The notes: a model not told the origin generated them from the letters alone. 64,000 nucleotides of DNA from Octopus vulgaris (GCA_951406725.2 OX597821.1:11780001-11844000); one strand, 5' to 3'. Positions 28,712 through 41,833 are shown, counted from the stretch's first letter. Numbers and translations are program-made.

Positions 28712-28900
28712 TAATCCAGAATCCTTGTCCGATACGGGATCGGTCTCAGAATGTAAATAGACCGCACCAGTCACAAGACCAAACATTCCTGAAAGTTACA
28801 CCCGAGTCCATCGAGCGGTTCTTGAGATATCTTGCCCTCGGAGAAACAAGCAAACAAAAACAACTGAAAAACTATACTTCAGACTTCGCTAAGGCGGAAG
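28712..28900 (+). mobile_element. Possible Helentron/HINE-type non-autonomous fragment
   Basis: ccatcgagcggttcttgagatatc...caagcaaacaa...short terminal hairpin cttcgctaaggcggaag. Confidence 0.35.
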
Positions 28901-28910
28901 AATTAATAAT

Positions 28911-29197
28911 GAGGCTAACTCGAAAGTGGAGTCTAAAACTAGAATAATTCCGATCGTAGTAGGCGCATTAGGCATGATAAAAAATATACAGTCAAATACA
29001 TAACAAAAACACCAGGACTTACAAGTATATATAACATACATAAAACAGCACTACTAGGCAACGCACACATTTATACGTAAAACACGTTCGATACATTAAA
29101 AAGTAGAGCATCACAACAAACCACAGCACAGATCCAAAGAACACAGAGCTGCATTCAGTAGTATGGTGAAAGCACGATATAAAAATAAGATCACTGG
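28911..29197 (+). mobile_element. 5'-truncated R4/Dong-clade LINE 3' end in a (TAA)n target
   Basis: KTRIIPIVVGALGMIK / KYITKTPGLTSIYNIHKTALLGNAHI matches the R4/Dong RLE C-terminus (PIVIGALG...IQKxxLLGTAHILR); ~100-bp 3' UTR then (AAT)n. Confidence 0.85.
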
Positions 29198-29212
29198 ATA
29201 ATGATAATAATG

Positions 29213-29307
<95 letters not shown>

Positions 29308-29326
29308 TATAATAATAATAATAATG

Positions 29327-29392
<66 letters not shown>

Positions 29393-29420
29393 TAATAATA
29401 ATAATAATAATAATAATATT
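29198..29420. repeat. (AAT)n
   Basis: Directly visible. Confidence 0.97.
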
Positions 29421-30087
29421 GATGATAACCGCTTCTACGGTAGGCTCAGGCCTGGAAGGGGTAAGTCGATTGAATTTAAGAAGGGAATAGTCGATTGTAT
29501 CAACCTCACTAGTCGACTGGCTCTTATTTTATCGACTCTGAAAAGATGAAAAGAAGCAAACTTTACGAAGACGGAAGCCCTGTCTATTGCCGACTTTATG
29601 GAATACATCTTATCAAAGGACGGTGGAAGTAATCGAACCCTGTCTGTATATTCGATGGAAGACTTCAATCGATTACTTTGCTTGTTCCTTCTTAAAGCTT
29701 CTAAGATAGTTCTGTGGTTTATCCACGGGTCTATTTTAGCTAGGAGCCTAAACATATGCTTATTAAAAATATGAATGTAACAATGTTTATCCGCTGAATA
29801 CACACACGCACACACAGACACACACAGACACACACACACATACACAAACACGTATATATGCATAAATATATGTATTTATGTTTATGTGTGTGAGTGTTTA
29901 TAAATGTATATATGTGTGTATGTTAATATATATGACAATATATATATTTATTTAAGTACACAATTGTAAAGCTGTGTGTTCGTACCTGTGCGCATATGTG
30001 TCGCCTATTGTGACTCCGATATTAATATTTCAATTATTGAATTTCTCTACTGAATATTGAGAATGCTGAATATCAATATCAATATTT

Positions 30088-30097
30088 ATATACATAC

Positions 30098-30164
<67 letters not shown>

Positions 30165-30235
30165 CATATATATATATATACATACATATATATATACATA
30201 CATATATACATACATATATATATATATATACACAT

Positions 30236-30290
<55 letters not shown>

Positions 30291-30913
30291 CACACACACA
30301 TATATATATATATACATATATATGTTGCATATATATATATATATGCCTGTGTGTCTCTGTGTGTGCGCGCTTGTATGTTTCTATATATATTGGTAACTGA
30401 AGATATTATTCCATTTTCTCATTGTAAATAATAATAATAATGATAATAATAATAATAATGGTTTTAATGATACTAATAATAATGGAGAAGAAGAAGAAGA
30501 AAAAGAAGAAGAAGAAGAAGAAGAAGAAGAACAAAAGGAAGAAGAAATAGAAGATACATTGAAAGTACGAAAAGAGATATGTGTTGATTTGAATATTTGC
30601 TATGCAATTAACCAAAATTGACTTGCCTCTCAATACGAATAACTTACAGAAAACCCACCCAAATATACAGTCACAAAGAGAAATACACACAGACACACAT
30701 TCATTCACTCGTACACATATACAAATATGTCCGTCCAAACAAACCAACAAATCTACTCTTATGCATGATACTGGACAAGTCGTACGTCAAACATTGAACA
30801 TTTATCCTAATCTATTATTTCTCATAGCTCCTTATTGGAAAAATAACAATAATAGCAACAACAATAATAATAATAATGATAACAAAAATAATAATAATAA
30901 TAATAATAATAAC

Positions 30914-30948
<35 letters not shown>

Positions 30949-30995
30949 TAAAAATAGTAATAATAATAATAATAATAGTAATAATGATAATAATA

Positions 30996-31026
<31 letters not shown>

Positions 31027-31835
31027 AAATAATAATAATAACAATAATAATAATAATAACAATAATAATAATCATAATGATAATAATAATAGTAATACTA
31101 ATGATAATAATAATAGTAATAATAGTAATAATAATAATAATATTAATAATAATAATGACGACGATGACGATGATGATGATGAGGATGATAACAAAAGCAA
31201 AAACAAAAATATATTAACAACAAAATTACTACAACAAATTTAAGAAAAAAGCGAGAAAAGAAAAATACGAAGAACACAAGACAAAAACAAGAATATTATA
31301 TCCCTATTCGTTGCCGAAATGATATTACTTATTGATTGCTGGTACACAAAATTTTCACAGATTCTCTCATAATATTAGAATAAGAGAAATTTTTTTTTCT
31401 TATAAGCATCTCCGGCCTAATAATATATTGCAGAAACAGTTTGAAAGCAATTTCTCGAAAACAGCCGATTTCTGAAAACAGCCAATTTCTCTTTCAATCG
31501 AACAATAAAGCTTTATTAATCACTGTTATTATTAATATTGCTGTTATTATCTTTGCTGTTAATATTATTGTTGTTGTTGTTATGGTGGTGGTGGTGGTGG
31601 TTCTATTTTACTTTGGTATTTCCTTCATCTATTCTGTTATTTCATTTTTGTTCTTATGTTAGTTCCTCGTCTTCTAATTCTTCATTCATATCCATATTAT
31701 TCATATTTCAGCTTTCTCGTGATTCCTTCCTTTCTTCCTTCCTTCCTTCCTTTTTCCCTCCTTCCTTCCTTTCTTCTTCTTCTTCTTCTTCTTCTTCTTC
31801 TTCTTCTTCTTCTTCTTCTTCTTCTTCTTCTTCTT

Positions 31836-31866
<31 letters not shown>

Positions 31867-32320
31867 ATATTATTATAATTCATTATCATTGTCGTCACCG
31901 TCATCAGCAGCTATCTCTTCATGTTATTTCTTCTTTCTTGATGATGATGATGATGCTAATGATGATGATGAGGATGATGATGATGATGATGATGATCATC
32001 ATCATCATCATCATAAGAAGCCTCATCATCATCACATCATCTTCATCAACAACATCATCAGCATCAGCATCACCATAATAAACATCATCATCATTAATAC
32101 CAACTCGTCTTCTTGTACCACCGCCAACAACACCACCACCAACACCAACACCACCACCACCATCACCACCATCACCACTGCCGACTCCGCCGCCACAACG
32201 ACGACCACGACCACGATTATCACGACCACAACGACGACCACCACCACACCACCATCACCATCACCACATCATCACCGCTACACCACCTCCACAATTACTA
32301 CTACTACTAATACTACGAGT
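30088..32320. repeat. Cluster of (TA)/(CA), (GAA), (AAT), (CTT), (GAT/CAT) and (ACC) microsatellites
   Basis: Directly visible. Confidence 0.9.
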
Positions 32321-32593
32321 TCTTTGCACATATCGGCTACATACATACTACACTTACTCATCCCTCCGCCCACCCCGACCGCTACCACCATCATTTGTAT
32401 TAAAAGTATTGCGGTGAGAAAGAGGCATTTCTGTGTCGAAGCCTGTGGTAATGGTCGGTCCAGTCTCTTGTCAAATAGAATAAATATTATTGCGATTTAT
32501 TATTGAAATAAATGTGAATAATTCTTTGAGGTAAAGAAAACCTATTCGTGTTTTCTTAAGGTCTGGACAATAAAGATAAAACGATGTGTGTGA

Positions 32594-32654
<61 letters not shown>

Positions 32655-33194
32655 TATATATATATATGTATATATATATATATCGAAAATCGTTGAGAGA
32701 CAGAGAAGAAAAAGTAGGCAGGATGAGAATAGATAAGAAAGTGAATACACACACACACATACACACACACATGCACACACACATACATACACATATATGT
32801 AAATGCATATATACTTGCGTGCGCGCGTGCGTGCATGTATAAAGATTGCGGAAGAGGAAAATAAATCAACGTTAATTTTTTTAAAACGTACGAAGCAATA
32901 TACAAATATTTAATTATCGCCATATTTTCCTTTCAAGAGCTCAATGTATTTTAGTTTGTTTTATATTATTCATGTTGAATTTCGTACACGATGATGATGA
33001 TGATGATGATGAGGAGGAGGAGGAGGGGGGATAATGCGGATGAAGAATTGGAAGTGGAGGAAGCGGAGGAGGCGGGAAGGAGGAGGAAGCGGAGATGGAG
33101 GGAGAGGAGGAGGGAGGATGTTGATGATGATGATGATGAGGAGGAGGAAGAGGAAGCGAAGGAAGAGGGTTAATTGTTAATATTATTATTGCAT

Positions 33195-33410
33195 GGCGGC
33201 GAACTGGCAGAATCGTTAGCACGCCGGGCGATATGCTTAGTGGTATTTCGTCTGTCTCTATGTTCTGAGTTCAAATTCCGCCGAGGTCGACTTTGCCTTT
33301 CATCCTTTCGGGGTCGATAAATTAAGCACCAGTTGCGTACTGGGGTCGATCTAATCGACTGGCCTCCTCCCACAAAATTTCAGGTTTTTGCTTTGAGTAG
33401 AAAAGATTAA
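33195..33410 (+). mobile_element. SINE family A, full length
   Basis: ggcggcgaactggcagaatcgttagc head, gagttcaaattcc B-box, tail into (TTA)n. Confidence 0.9.
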
Positions 33411-33936
33411 TATTATTATTGTTGTTGTTGCTGCTGATGTTTGGTTGTTATCCAGGAGAAAGATTATATGCAATAATAATAATACTAATAATAAATCTCT
33501 GAACGAGATGTAAACAGTAACTGCTCGACAACGTAAAGTATAATAGCCATCTCAATATGGCTAACCACTAAGGGTGGGTGTTACTGTAGCTTTTAGCCCC
33601 ATGAGATCATCGTCTCCAGCTGGCTTTCGGCACACTTTCTGTGCGCTTATAGTATTTGGAAAGGGAGGTCATCCCTCTCTCGTAAACCTAAGTGATACGC
33701 ATGAACTGCAGTTTCTTGGTATTTGCCTGTCTTCGGCGTACGGCAATCACCGGATTACGATGAAAGGGTGACCTGTTTTCAACTACTTATTTATTGTTTT
33801 TCCCAGTAACTTCCGTCACTGATTTCGAAAAACTGTCTGCAAGCAATAATACTAATTTTTGACTGTTTTATTGAATGGTATTTCAATAATATGCCATTCT
33901 TCATCAATCTATTTTTTTTATATAATTATGTTAACT

Positions 33937-34195
33937 GCGGCGAGCTGGCGGGTTCATTGTCGAGCCGAGCAAAATGCTTAGTGACATTTCGTCCGTCTTT
34001 ACTTTCTGAGTTCAAATTCTCCCTTTCATCCTTTCGGGGTCGATAAGGGAAGTACACGGGGGGGGGGCAATGTAATCTACTAGTTCCCTTTCGGGGTCGA
34101 CAATATAAGAACCAGTTGAGCACTGAGGTCAATGTAATGAACTTATCCCCTCCCCCGAAATTTCTGGCATGTCGCCAACATTTGAAGTCAATATT
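33937..34195 (+). mobile_element. SINE family A, rearranged
   Basis: Same head; cctttcggggtcga segment duplicated. Confidence 0.75.
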
Positions 34196-35560
34196 AACGT
34201 CATTTCAAATGTTTAAACGACAATACGCGCACACACCACACGCACGCTCACTATTCTATACCCAAACGTGTTATATGCTAACCGGAAACCAAATCAATTG
34301 TCGCTTCTTTAACGCTGCCAGAACAAACAAGAGCTAAATATGAAACTATTGACTGCGAAAAAAATAATTACCAGCCTTTTGACAAGTTAGAGTGTACCTT
34401 AATTAAATCTTTTTATCCAATAGCCGGAGAAGAATCTCAACGTTTAATGCATCACTAAGATCAAACAGATTTCGTTATCGTTTTAAGAGAAAAATCCGAG
34501 GTGGCACAGACCAATTTATTGAAAGATATGTTGTGTTGTCTATCGATCGGGATAGCGACTATGTAGGACACAGTGTGCCAGAGAGTACACTTACCTTTTT
34601 TAAAATGTGGAGAAAGCGAAGAAGTAAGATGTGATAATCTATCATACACCCACTTACATACCGTAAAATTTGTCATGTTCTTATATGTAAGTGAAATCAT
34701 GAATCACGTTGGTATTTCCATTGATAATTAGTAGCTTGACTGGTTTACACGCTTGTAGTTTGTTATTAATGGGAGAGGCTTTTAAAACTCAAGATTTCGA
34801 GAGAATAATATTCGTGTTAGTTTATGGTTTGCGTAATTCATTTTGATTTGTTCTCTTCCATGATGCTTTTGATATGCATTTGATTAATTCTGTTTATACA
34901 TTTTTATATTTTGAATATGTGTAGTATCTGATACATTTTTAGTATAGTATTTCCTCTTATGTTACTCTGACTTAGTACATTACGTTGTTGGAATATCTTT
35001 TGTTGATTAGTGACAGTTTTATTTTCTGTACTTGTATTGTCAAAAGCATCATTCGTAGAGGAAAATGTATAAAAAAGCATCAAAGAGCAAGTACATTGAA
35101 CTATACCACACGGTACTAAACTACACAAAGTAGGAATTGTTGGTCATTTCGCCTAAATATGACACTACTTCCAGAAAATTATGCGATTAATAGTGGAAGT
35201 TATATTTCTGATAACCAAAGAATTATATAAAGATTTGAAAAATATGCATAAACTAGCTTAAAAGCCGCTCTCCGTGCAAACTTTTGGACTAGATCTTGCG
35301 GAGAGCTAGTTGGTCCTGGAGCCCAAAACTAAAGTGATAAATAATAATGAAGCAATTAATGGCTTCCTACTATTTCAGATTTATATCATAGAGTATCTCA
35401 TTCGGAGTATTTTATACCACTGTGATATATGGAGATCACTGTAAAATAGCAGGACAAATATTATTCTTGGTTTTACCATTTAGTGGTTAGTATTCCTTTA
35501 TTCTTTTATTCATCCTTTGCTTCGATCATTTGACTGCCACCATGCTGGAGCACCGCCTTG

Positions 35561-35945
35561 ACCAAATTGTTGTATTTTCCAACTCCGGAACAATCAACAT
35601 AGACCTGACCATGAGAAAATCAGTGCTACATGAGTTGAAGTCTAACAATTTCCAGTGATTGTCCTTGAATCTTGTTAATTGACATTGCAAAACTAACTCT
35701 TAGTGGAAATCGAAGTCTCTTGAATTCAAAGGGCTTGTTTGCTGGAATCAGTGGAATTCTTAAAATAAACACACATTCTCCTTTTCCTTGTCAAGTGAGG
35801 ATTGTTGCTTCCAAAAAATGTAGATGCGTTTGCCTAACAATCAATCTTGTTCCACTCCATAGCTTTGGGGGATCCAGATTGCTCAAAAGCATGACTGGAA
35901 TGCCTTTCTTCAATATCAGTTTGTGAGATGATTTTCCATGGGGTG
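35561..35945 (-). mobile_element. Helitron RepHel PIF1-helicase C-terminal fragment
   Basis: HKLILKKGIPVMLLSNLDPPKLWSGTRLIV...RIPLIP..PFEFKRLRFPLRVSFAMSINKIQGQSL...FSHGQVYVDCSGVG; single frame with 3 stops; flanked by SINE B pieces. Confidence 0.9.
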
Positions 35946-36525
35946 CGTACCTCACAACAACTTAGTAACAGGTGTTGGTGTGTTTACGTTTACATGATTT
36001 AGAGGTTTGGTAAAAGCAACCAATAAAACAATACTAGGTATAAATAGTAAATAACTGGTGTCGATTTGTTCGATTTAATTCTTCAAGGCAGTGCCCCAGC
36101 ATGGTCGCAGTCTGATGACTGAAAAAGGTTAGAGTACCATTAAGTTCCTTATTAAAATTTTAAGCTAAGGGAGGTAACACTTGTTTACCTATTTCAGTTA
36201 TTCTATGGCTCTGAAAGCTTGCGCGGTCGCTTTACCTTCTAAAAATAGCAACTCAAACGCTTTTGAAATCCTAATGCCGGATGTTCAAGAAGAAAAAAAG
36301 AGCAGATTTTCAATCATGAGATCCTCCTGATTCCAAAAAACGGATGTCTATATAGAGCGAGTGTAGGCTGAGATACAGGGGTGCCAAACGGACAGACAGA
36401 ATTTCGATGTTATTAATATAGAAGTAACAAACTGTCTTAAAGTGCAGGAATATTTTTCTACGCAAAACATCAAAGAGAAAATCTACCCTTTCTACAAATA
36501 GGTATCCGATATTTTAGAGCGCAAA

Positions 36526-36755
36526 GGCGGCGAGCTGGCAGAAACGTTATCACGCCCGGCGAAATGCTTAGCGGTATTTCGTCTGCGTTACATTGTGAGT
36601 TCAAATTCCGCCGAGGTCGACTTTGCCTTTCATCCTTTCGGGGTCGATAAATTAAGTACCAGTTAAGCACTGGGGTCGATGTAATCGACTTAATACCTAT
36701 GTCTGTCCTTGTTTGTCCCCTCTGTGTTTACCCCCTTGTGGGTAATAAAGAAATA
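36526..36755 (+). mobile_element. SINE family A with 16-bp TSD
   Basis: gatattttagagcgca at 36508-36523 and 36756-36771. Confidence 0.92.
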
Positions 36756-36784
36756 GATATTTTAGAGCGCACACACATACATGT

Positions 36785-36828
<44 letters not shown>

Positions 36829-37029
36829 CCACACACACACACACACAAGCCACCCCCACACACGCATGCATGCATGTATATTTGATATACATACTGGAGT
36901 CCCCTGTGTAACTGCAGTAATATTTTACTGAAAAACTTGCAACGCAAGATTCTGTAACGCGATATCGATTTTACCACTGATTACCATATTTTGTATGCAT
37001 TTGTTTGTAAGTACGTATCAATGCAGGTG

Positions 37030-37350
37030 TGAAGGTGCGTGGCATCGTGGTTACGGCATTCGGCTCATGATTGTAAGGTCGTGAGTTCAATTCCCGTCAA
37101 CGTGTTGTGTCCTTGAACAAGACACTTTATTTCACGTTGCTCCAGTCCATTCAGCTGGCAAAAATGAGTTGTACCAGTATTTCAAAGGGCTGGCCTTGTC
37201 ACACTCTGTGTCACGCTGAATCTCCCTGAGAAATACGTTAGGGGTACACGTGTCTGTGGATTGTTCAATCACTTGCACGTTAATTTCACGAGCAAGCTGT
37301 TCTGCTGATCGTATCATCTGTGATCCTCGTCGTCGTAACCGATGGAGTGC
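37030..37350 (+). mobile_element. tRNA-derived SINE family C variant
   Basis: A-box tggcatcgtgg, B-box gagttcaattccc, core gtgtccttgaacaagacactt..gctccagtcc. Confidence 0.8.
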
Positions 37351-37677
37351 TCATCTATGCATGTATATTATACACATGTATACTGATTTTCGGGTTACTA
37401 TTTAAGAAAAACCACACAGAAGTTTTAGCAATCGAGGGACCCAGTGTTATGTTAATATGGCGTCATATGTACGTGTGTATATGAATGTACACTATGATGG
37501 AATGATGAGGTATTCGAGTTGATGTAAAGCAGAAGAGAAATATTTCTAGGTAAGCGATAGAATAAAGTTAGATTAAAGATAGACAAAAACCTAACTTTGA
37601 ATCAGAAGTTAAAAGTACAAACACGTTTACCACATTCTTTAGTTATAACACATAGAATGTGGCAATGCAGTATACTA

Positions 37678-38243
37678 TTGGGTTGTCCGGAAAGTTCGTG
37701 CCGATATCTAAAGGAAAGAAAAAGGTCAATAAATATTTGCCATTACATTTTTAATCAACCAAATATGAACGATTTTGTTGCACAATGCGTCTCCATCTTT
37801 CCTTTAACTTGAAAATACTCTCTTCCCAGAATTGAGGTGATTTCATGACAAAGAATTCATCAAGGCATCTTTTTGTGTCATCCAAGGAATTGAGAATTTT
37901 ACCATTAAGACTATTCTGCAGAGACATGAATAAGTGGAAATCCGAAGGAGCAATATCTGGTGAATATGGAGGGTGGGGTAACACATCCCAGCCGAGCGGC
38001 AGCAACTTTTGTCTGGTTCCCAAAGCATCAAGTGACGAAAATGAACTTTCTTATCTTCCATTTTAAAGGGTTACAGAATTAGCACACGTTATGGGAACAT
38101 AAACCTTCTTCCACGAAAAGGTAGCTTAAATGGTGTTCTAAATGGAGATGTAGTCAAATGCTATTTTATGGACTCAACCATGTTCTAAAATAAGTCGAAA
38201 TGTAAGCTACTAAAAATCGGCACGAACTTTCCGGACAACCCAA
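37678..38243 (-). mobile_element. Internally deleted mariner (DD34D family) element, 566 bp
   Basis: 28-bp perfect TIR ttgggttgtccggaaagttcgtgccgat with TA on both sides; MEDKKVHFRHLMLWE joined to WDVLPHPPYSPDIAPSDFHLF. Confidence 0.95.
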
Positions 38244-38786
38244 TAATTATGCAGCATGTAAAAGGCTGCAATTTAAAAGTACCACTTTAGTGAAAATATT
38301 TATTAAGAAATATAATGCCATAAGATATATTAGAAACAAAAAATAAATTGTTTTCTGCATATAAATTACTATTAAACTAAAAAGTTAAAGCAATATACAA
38401 TGTCGCGAAATAAAATAAATGGAAATTGTTTATTAAAAATATAAAATAGGTAAACATAAAACAGAAAAGGAAATAACAGTTATAACGAAGAAGCAATATT
38501 AATATACAAAAATCTTTTCAAGTTGAATATGCTGGAAGACAAATATGATACGCCTGATTTTAACGGTAAATGTAATACCTAAGTTATAGAAATGCGACCA
38601 GAATGAGAAAATATAGCAAGCTAATGATATCCGTTGGCGATGCAGCCAACTTTAAAACAAAGAATGATAACAGGAAAAAACAAACAGTTACATCTCCGGC
38701 TACTCAGTCCGCAGAAATGACAGGCTGTAGTCACAGAGTGAAATGCAGGTGGCCCTTCTCAATGGGCAATATGAAAATATATGTGA

Positions 38787-39174
38787 CGAGCAAAGCGCCA
38801 CCCGTCCAATGGACGGTGCTGAGTAGTCAAACATTTAAACCAAATTTTTTCAAAACAACTGGTCCGACCGTCCCATTTTGTGGCATTATTTCAAGCCAGC
38901 CGTTATTTTTTTGCGCAAATTACGCGTGCATTTTCTCGCGAACGCGTAGTATAGATCGCAACAGCAGAAGTACTTGCACGTACAAATGCACGTTCACAAG
39001 GCTTTATCGATCGCATTCTCACCTGGAATCGATTTTTGTAATTTTTGTCAAAACTTATAAACGCCCTGATACCGTCCATATATACATATCAAATTTGAGC
39101 GTAATCGGATGGAGGATGCCCGAGATACTAGAAGATACACACACGGACAGACAGAACGGATTTTATATAATAGA
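38787..39174 (-). mobile_element. Non-autonomous Helitron-like element, copy 1
   Basis: Minus strand starts A|TCTATTATATAAAA and ends with hairpin CCGTCCA-T-TGGACGG then CTCG|T; homologous to 52564-53105. Confidence 0.75.
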
Positions 39175-39448
39175 TAAGCACGTACGATCACACTTCAGTA
39201 TCACTGCAATGATAAAAACTATCTGATTCAAACCATTAGCATAGTATGTTATATATATCCATTTTTGTTCTTCAGAATCTTATAAACAAGCAATCTACAT
39301 TCATGCACAAACCACTTATCAACTACTTAAAACTCCAAATACCCTACTCACTTATTTAACTAAAAATGCATTTAAATATAAAACCCACTAATACAATTAT
39401 AATTCAAAGTCAATTTCAAACACCTCAGATCTTATGGCTAAGAATATT

Positions 39449-40252
39449 CTTTTCTACTCTAGGCACAATGCCCGACATTTTTGGGGAGGCTGGCCAGTCC
39501 ATTAGATCGACCCCAGTACGCAACTGGTACTTAATTTATCGACCCCGAAACTATGATAGGCAAAGTCGGAATTTGAACTCAGAACGTAAAAACAGACGGA
39601 ATACTGCTAAGCACTTCGTCCGGCGTGCTAACGTTTCTTATTTCTAATTTCTTTATTGCCCACAAGGGGCTGAACATAGAGGGGACAAACAAGGACAGAC
39701 AAAGAGATTAAATCGATTACATCGACCCCAGTGAGTAACTTGTACTTAATTTATCGACCCCGAAAGGATGATAGGCAAAGTTGCCCTCCGTGGAATTTAA
39801 ACTCAGAACGTAAACATACGAAATACCTTTTTCTTTACTACCCAAAAGAGAGAACAAACAAGGACAGACAAACGGATTAAGTCGACTATATCGACCCCAG
39901 TGCGTAACTGGTACTTATTTAATCGACTCCGAAAAGTTGAAGGCAAAGTCGACTTCGGCGGAATTTGAAATCAGAATGTAACGGCAGACGAAATACTGCT
40001 AAGCATTTTGCCCAGCCGGCTAACATTTCATATTTCTTTATTGCCCACAAGGGGCTAAACATAGAGGGAACAGACAAATGGATTAAGTCGATTACATCGA
40101 CCCCAGTGCGTAACTGGAACTTAATTTATCGACCCCGAAGGATGACAGGCATATTCGCCCTCGGTGGAATTTGAACTCAGAACGTAAAGACAGACGAAAT
40201 ACGGCTAAGCATTTCACCCGGCGTGCTAACGTTTCTGCCAGCTCGCCGCCTT
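39449..40252 (-). mobile_element. Tandem tetramer of SINE family A inside one TSD
   Basis: Four ~200-bp units, one complete head at 40250; atggctaag(a/c)atatt at 39434-39448 and 40254-40268. Confidence 0.88.
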
Positions 40253-40818
40253 GATGGCTAAGCATATTTTCGTAGCCATATGATCTAATCTTTATGTTGA
40301 AACGCATATATATAGTCCCATCGTAAAAATAACGGCTCAATGAAGAGATTAGCGGATTCTAATGAGTTGTCAATATAAGACACAGCTCGATCTTTAATCC
40401 AAACAGAAGAAAGATCTAACAGAGCCAGATAGAGGAAGCGATTATTAAACATCTTTCAGTATGACTCAACTCCGTTGTTATTTGTATTTCATTTTATGCT
40501 TTTGCTCAAGCAATATCCGTTTACATATATTTACCTCTATATATACATGCATATACACACACATGCACACACGCATATACATATATAAACATACACACGC
40601 AAACAAACACGCATACATACACACACAAACGCAATTACATACACATACATATAAACACACACGCACACACATACACACACACTCACATATATGTATATAA
40701 TATGCATCTATCTCCCCTCCTAAATGTGGTGCCATTCTCTTTCGTTTCCTCACTCCCTCGTATATCGTATTCACTGTCTAGGATTCGAAAATATATATAC
40801 CCTGCTGGATCCGGCTGT

Positions 40819-40861
40819 TCTGCATTGATAAAGGGCAAATACTCTGAAACTACTCTGCAGA
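40819..40861 (+). ncRNA. Degenerate minimal hammerhead motif in a TA-flanked ~330-bp element (~40700-41025)
   Basis: TCTGCA-TTGATAA-AGGG-caaata-CTCT-GAAAC-TA-CTC-TGCAGA; perfect 6-bp stem I, 4-bp stem II, three core substitutions. Confidence 0.5.
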
Positions 40862-41024
40862 TGCATGACCAGCAAGAGGAAGCGGCTGAACTCCCCTGTT
40901 CGAAGGTTATAATGGACACAGGTTCGTGTGTCACATAGCTAGCTAGAGGCGATGGCCTCTTGGAACTAATCAACGGCGGCATTCGTCCTATATTTCTGGA
41001 CTGCCATATTAGCTTGACGATAAG

Positions 41025-41057
<33 letters not shown>

Positions 41058-41574
41058 GTATGTGTGTGTATGTGCTTTTGTGTGTGTATTTGTGTGTGTG
41101 TATGTGTGTGTGTGTGTGTTTATTCGTTTCCTAGACCGGGTGATACGTTGTGAAGCATATTATTTCACGTTGATCTGCGATCAGTTTGAAGAGTGACGCA
41201 TTTAACACCAAGCAGTTGCACTGGTAGTATCGATTCCATGGGTGAAATACGCTAACGTGTAACACACAATAATATTCAGCTGTTCTTTATTTAGAAACAT
41301 TCAACGAATAGTTATACGCGATGTCTGAAAGTTTATGCAATTTTTTACAACATTCTGCTTAACATCTAAGTCATCACATGAAAATTCAGAAAAAAACTCG
41401 CACAAGATACACGAATGTTGTACAACTATTATCCTTCTATTTGCCAATATGTGGGTGTTTTTATAATTATGCAATTATAATGTTAGATACATTGAATTAC
41501 GTGTTACTTTCTAGAAACTTACTAAACATTGCAAATTCTTTTCTTTAGAGGTTTCGCAACAAACACTATTTAAT

Positions 41575-41787
41575 ATACATATATGAATATATATGCATAT
41601 ATATATACATATGTATATATATATATATATTTATGTGTGTGTGTGTGTGTGTGTATATATAAATATACATATATATGTATGTATATGTATGTATACATAT
41701 GTATATATATATATATATATATACGTATACATGTCTATATATATATATATATATATATACACATACATACATATGCATGTGTGTATG

Positions 41788-41833
<46 letters not shown>

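Noticed and set aside
34780-35270. Possible LINE RT remnant (similar hints at 44720-45200, 49850-50060, 56350-56740)
   Set aside because: Similarity too weak to support without a profile search
38603-39226. 207-aa ORF (also the 183-aa ORF at 60758-61309)
   Set aside because: Chance frames running through a Helitron-like repeat and a SINE; no domain
39449-40252. Regularly spaced repeats resembling a CRISPR array
   Set aside because: Whole ~200-bp units repeat with no unique spacers; eukaryotic SINE multimer, no cas genes
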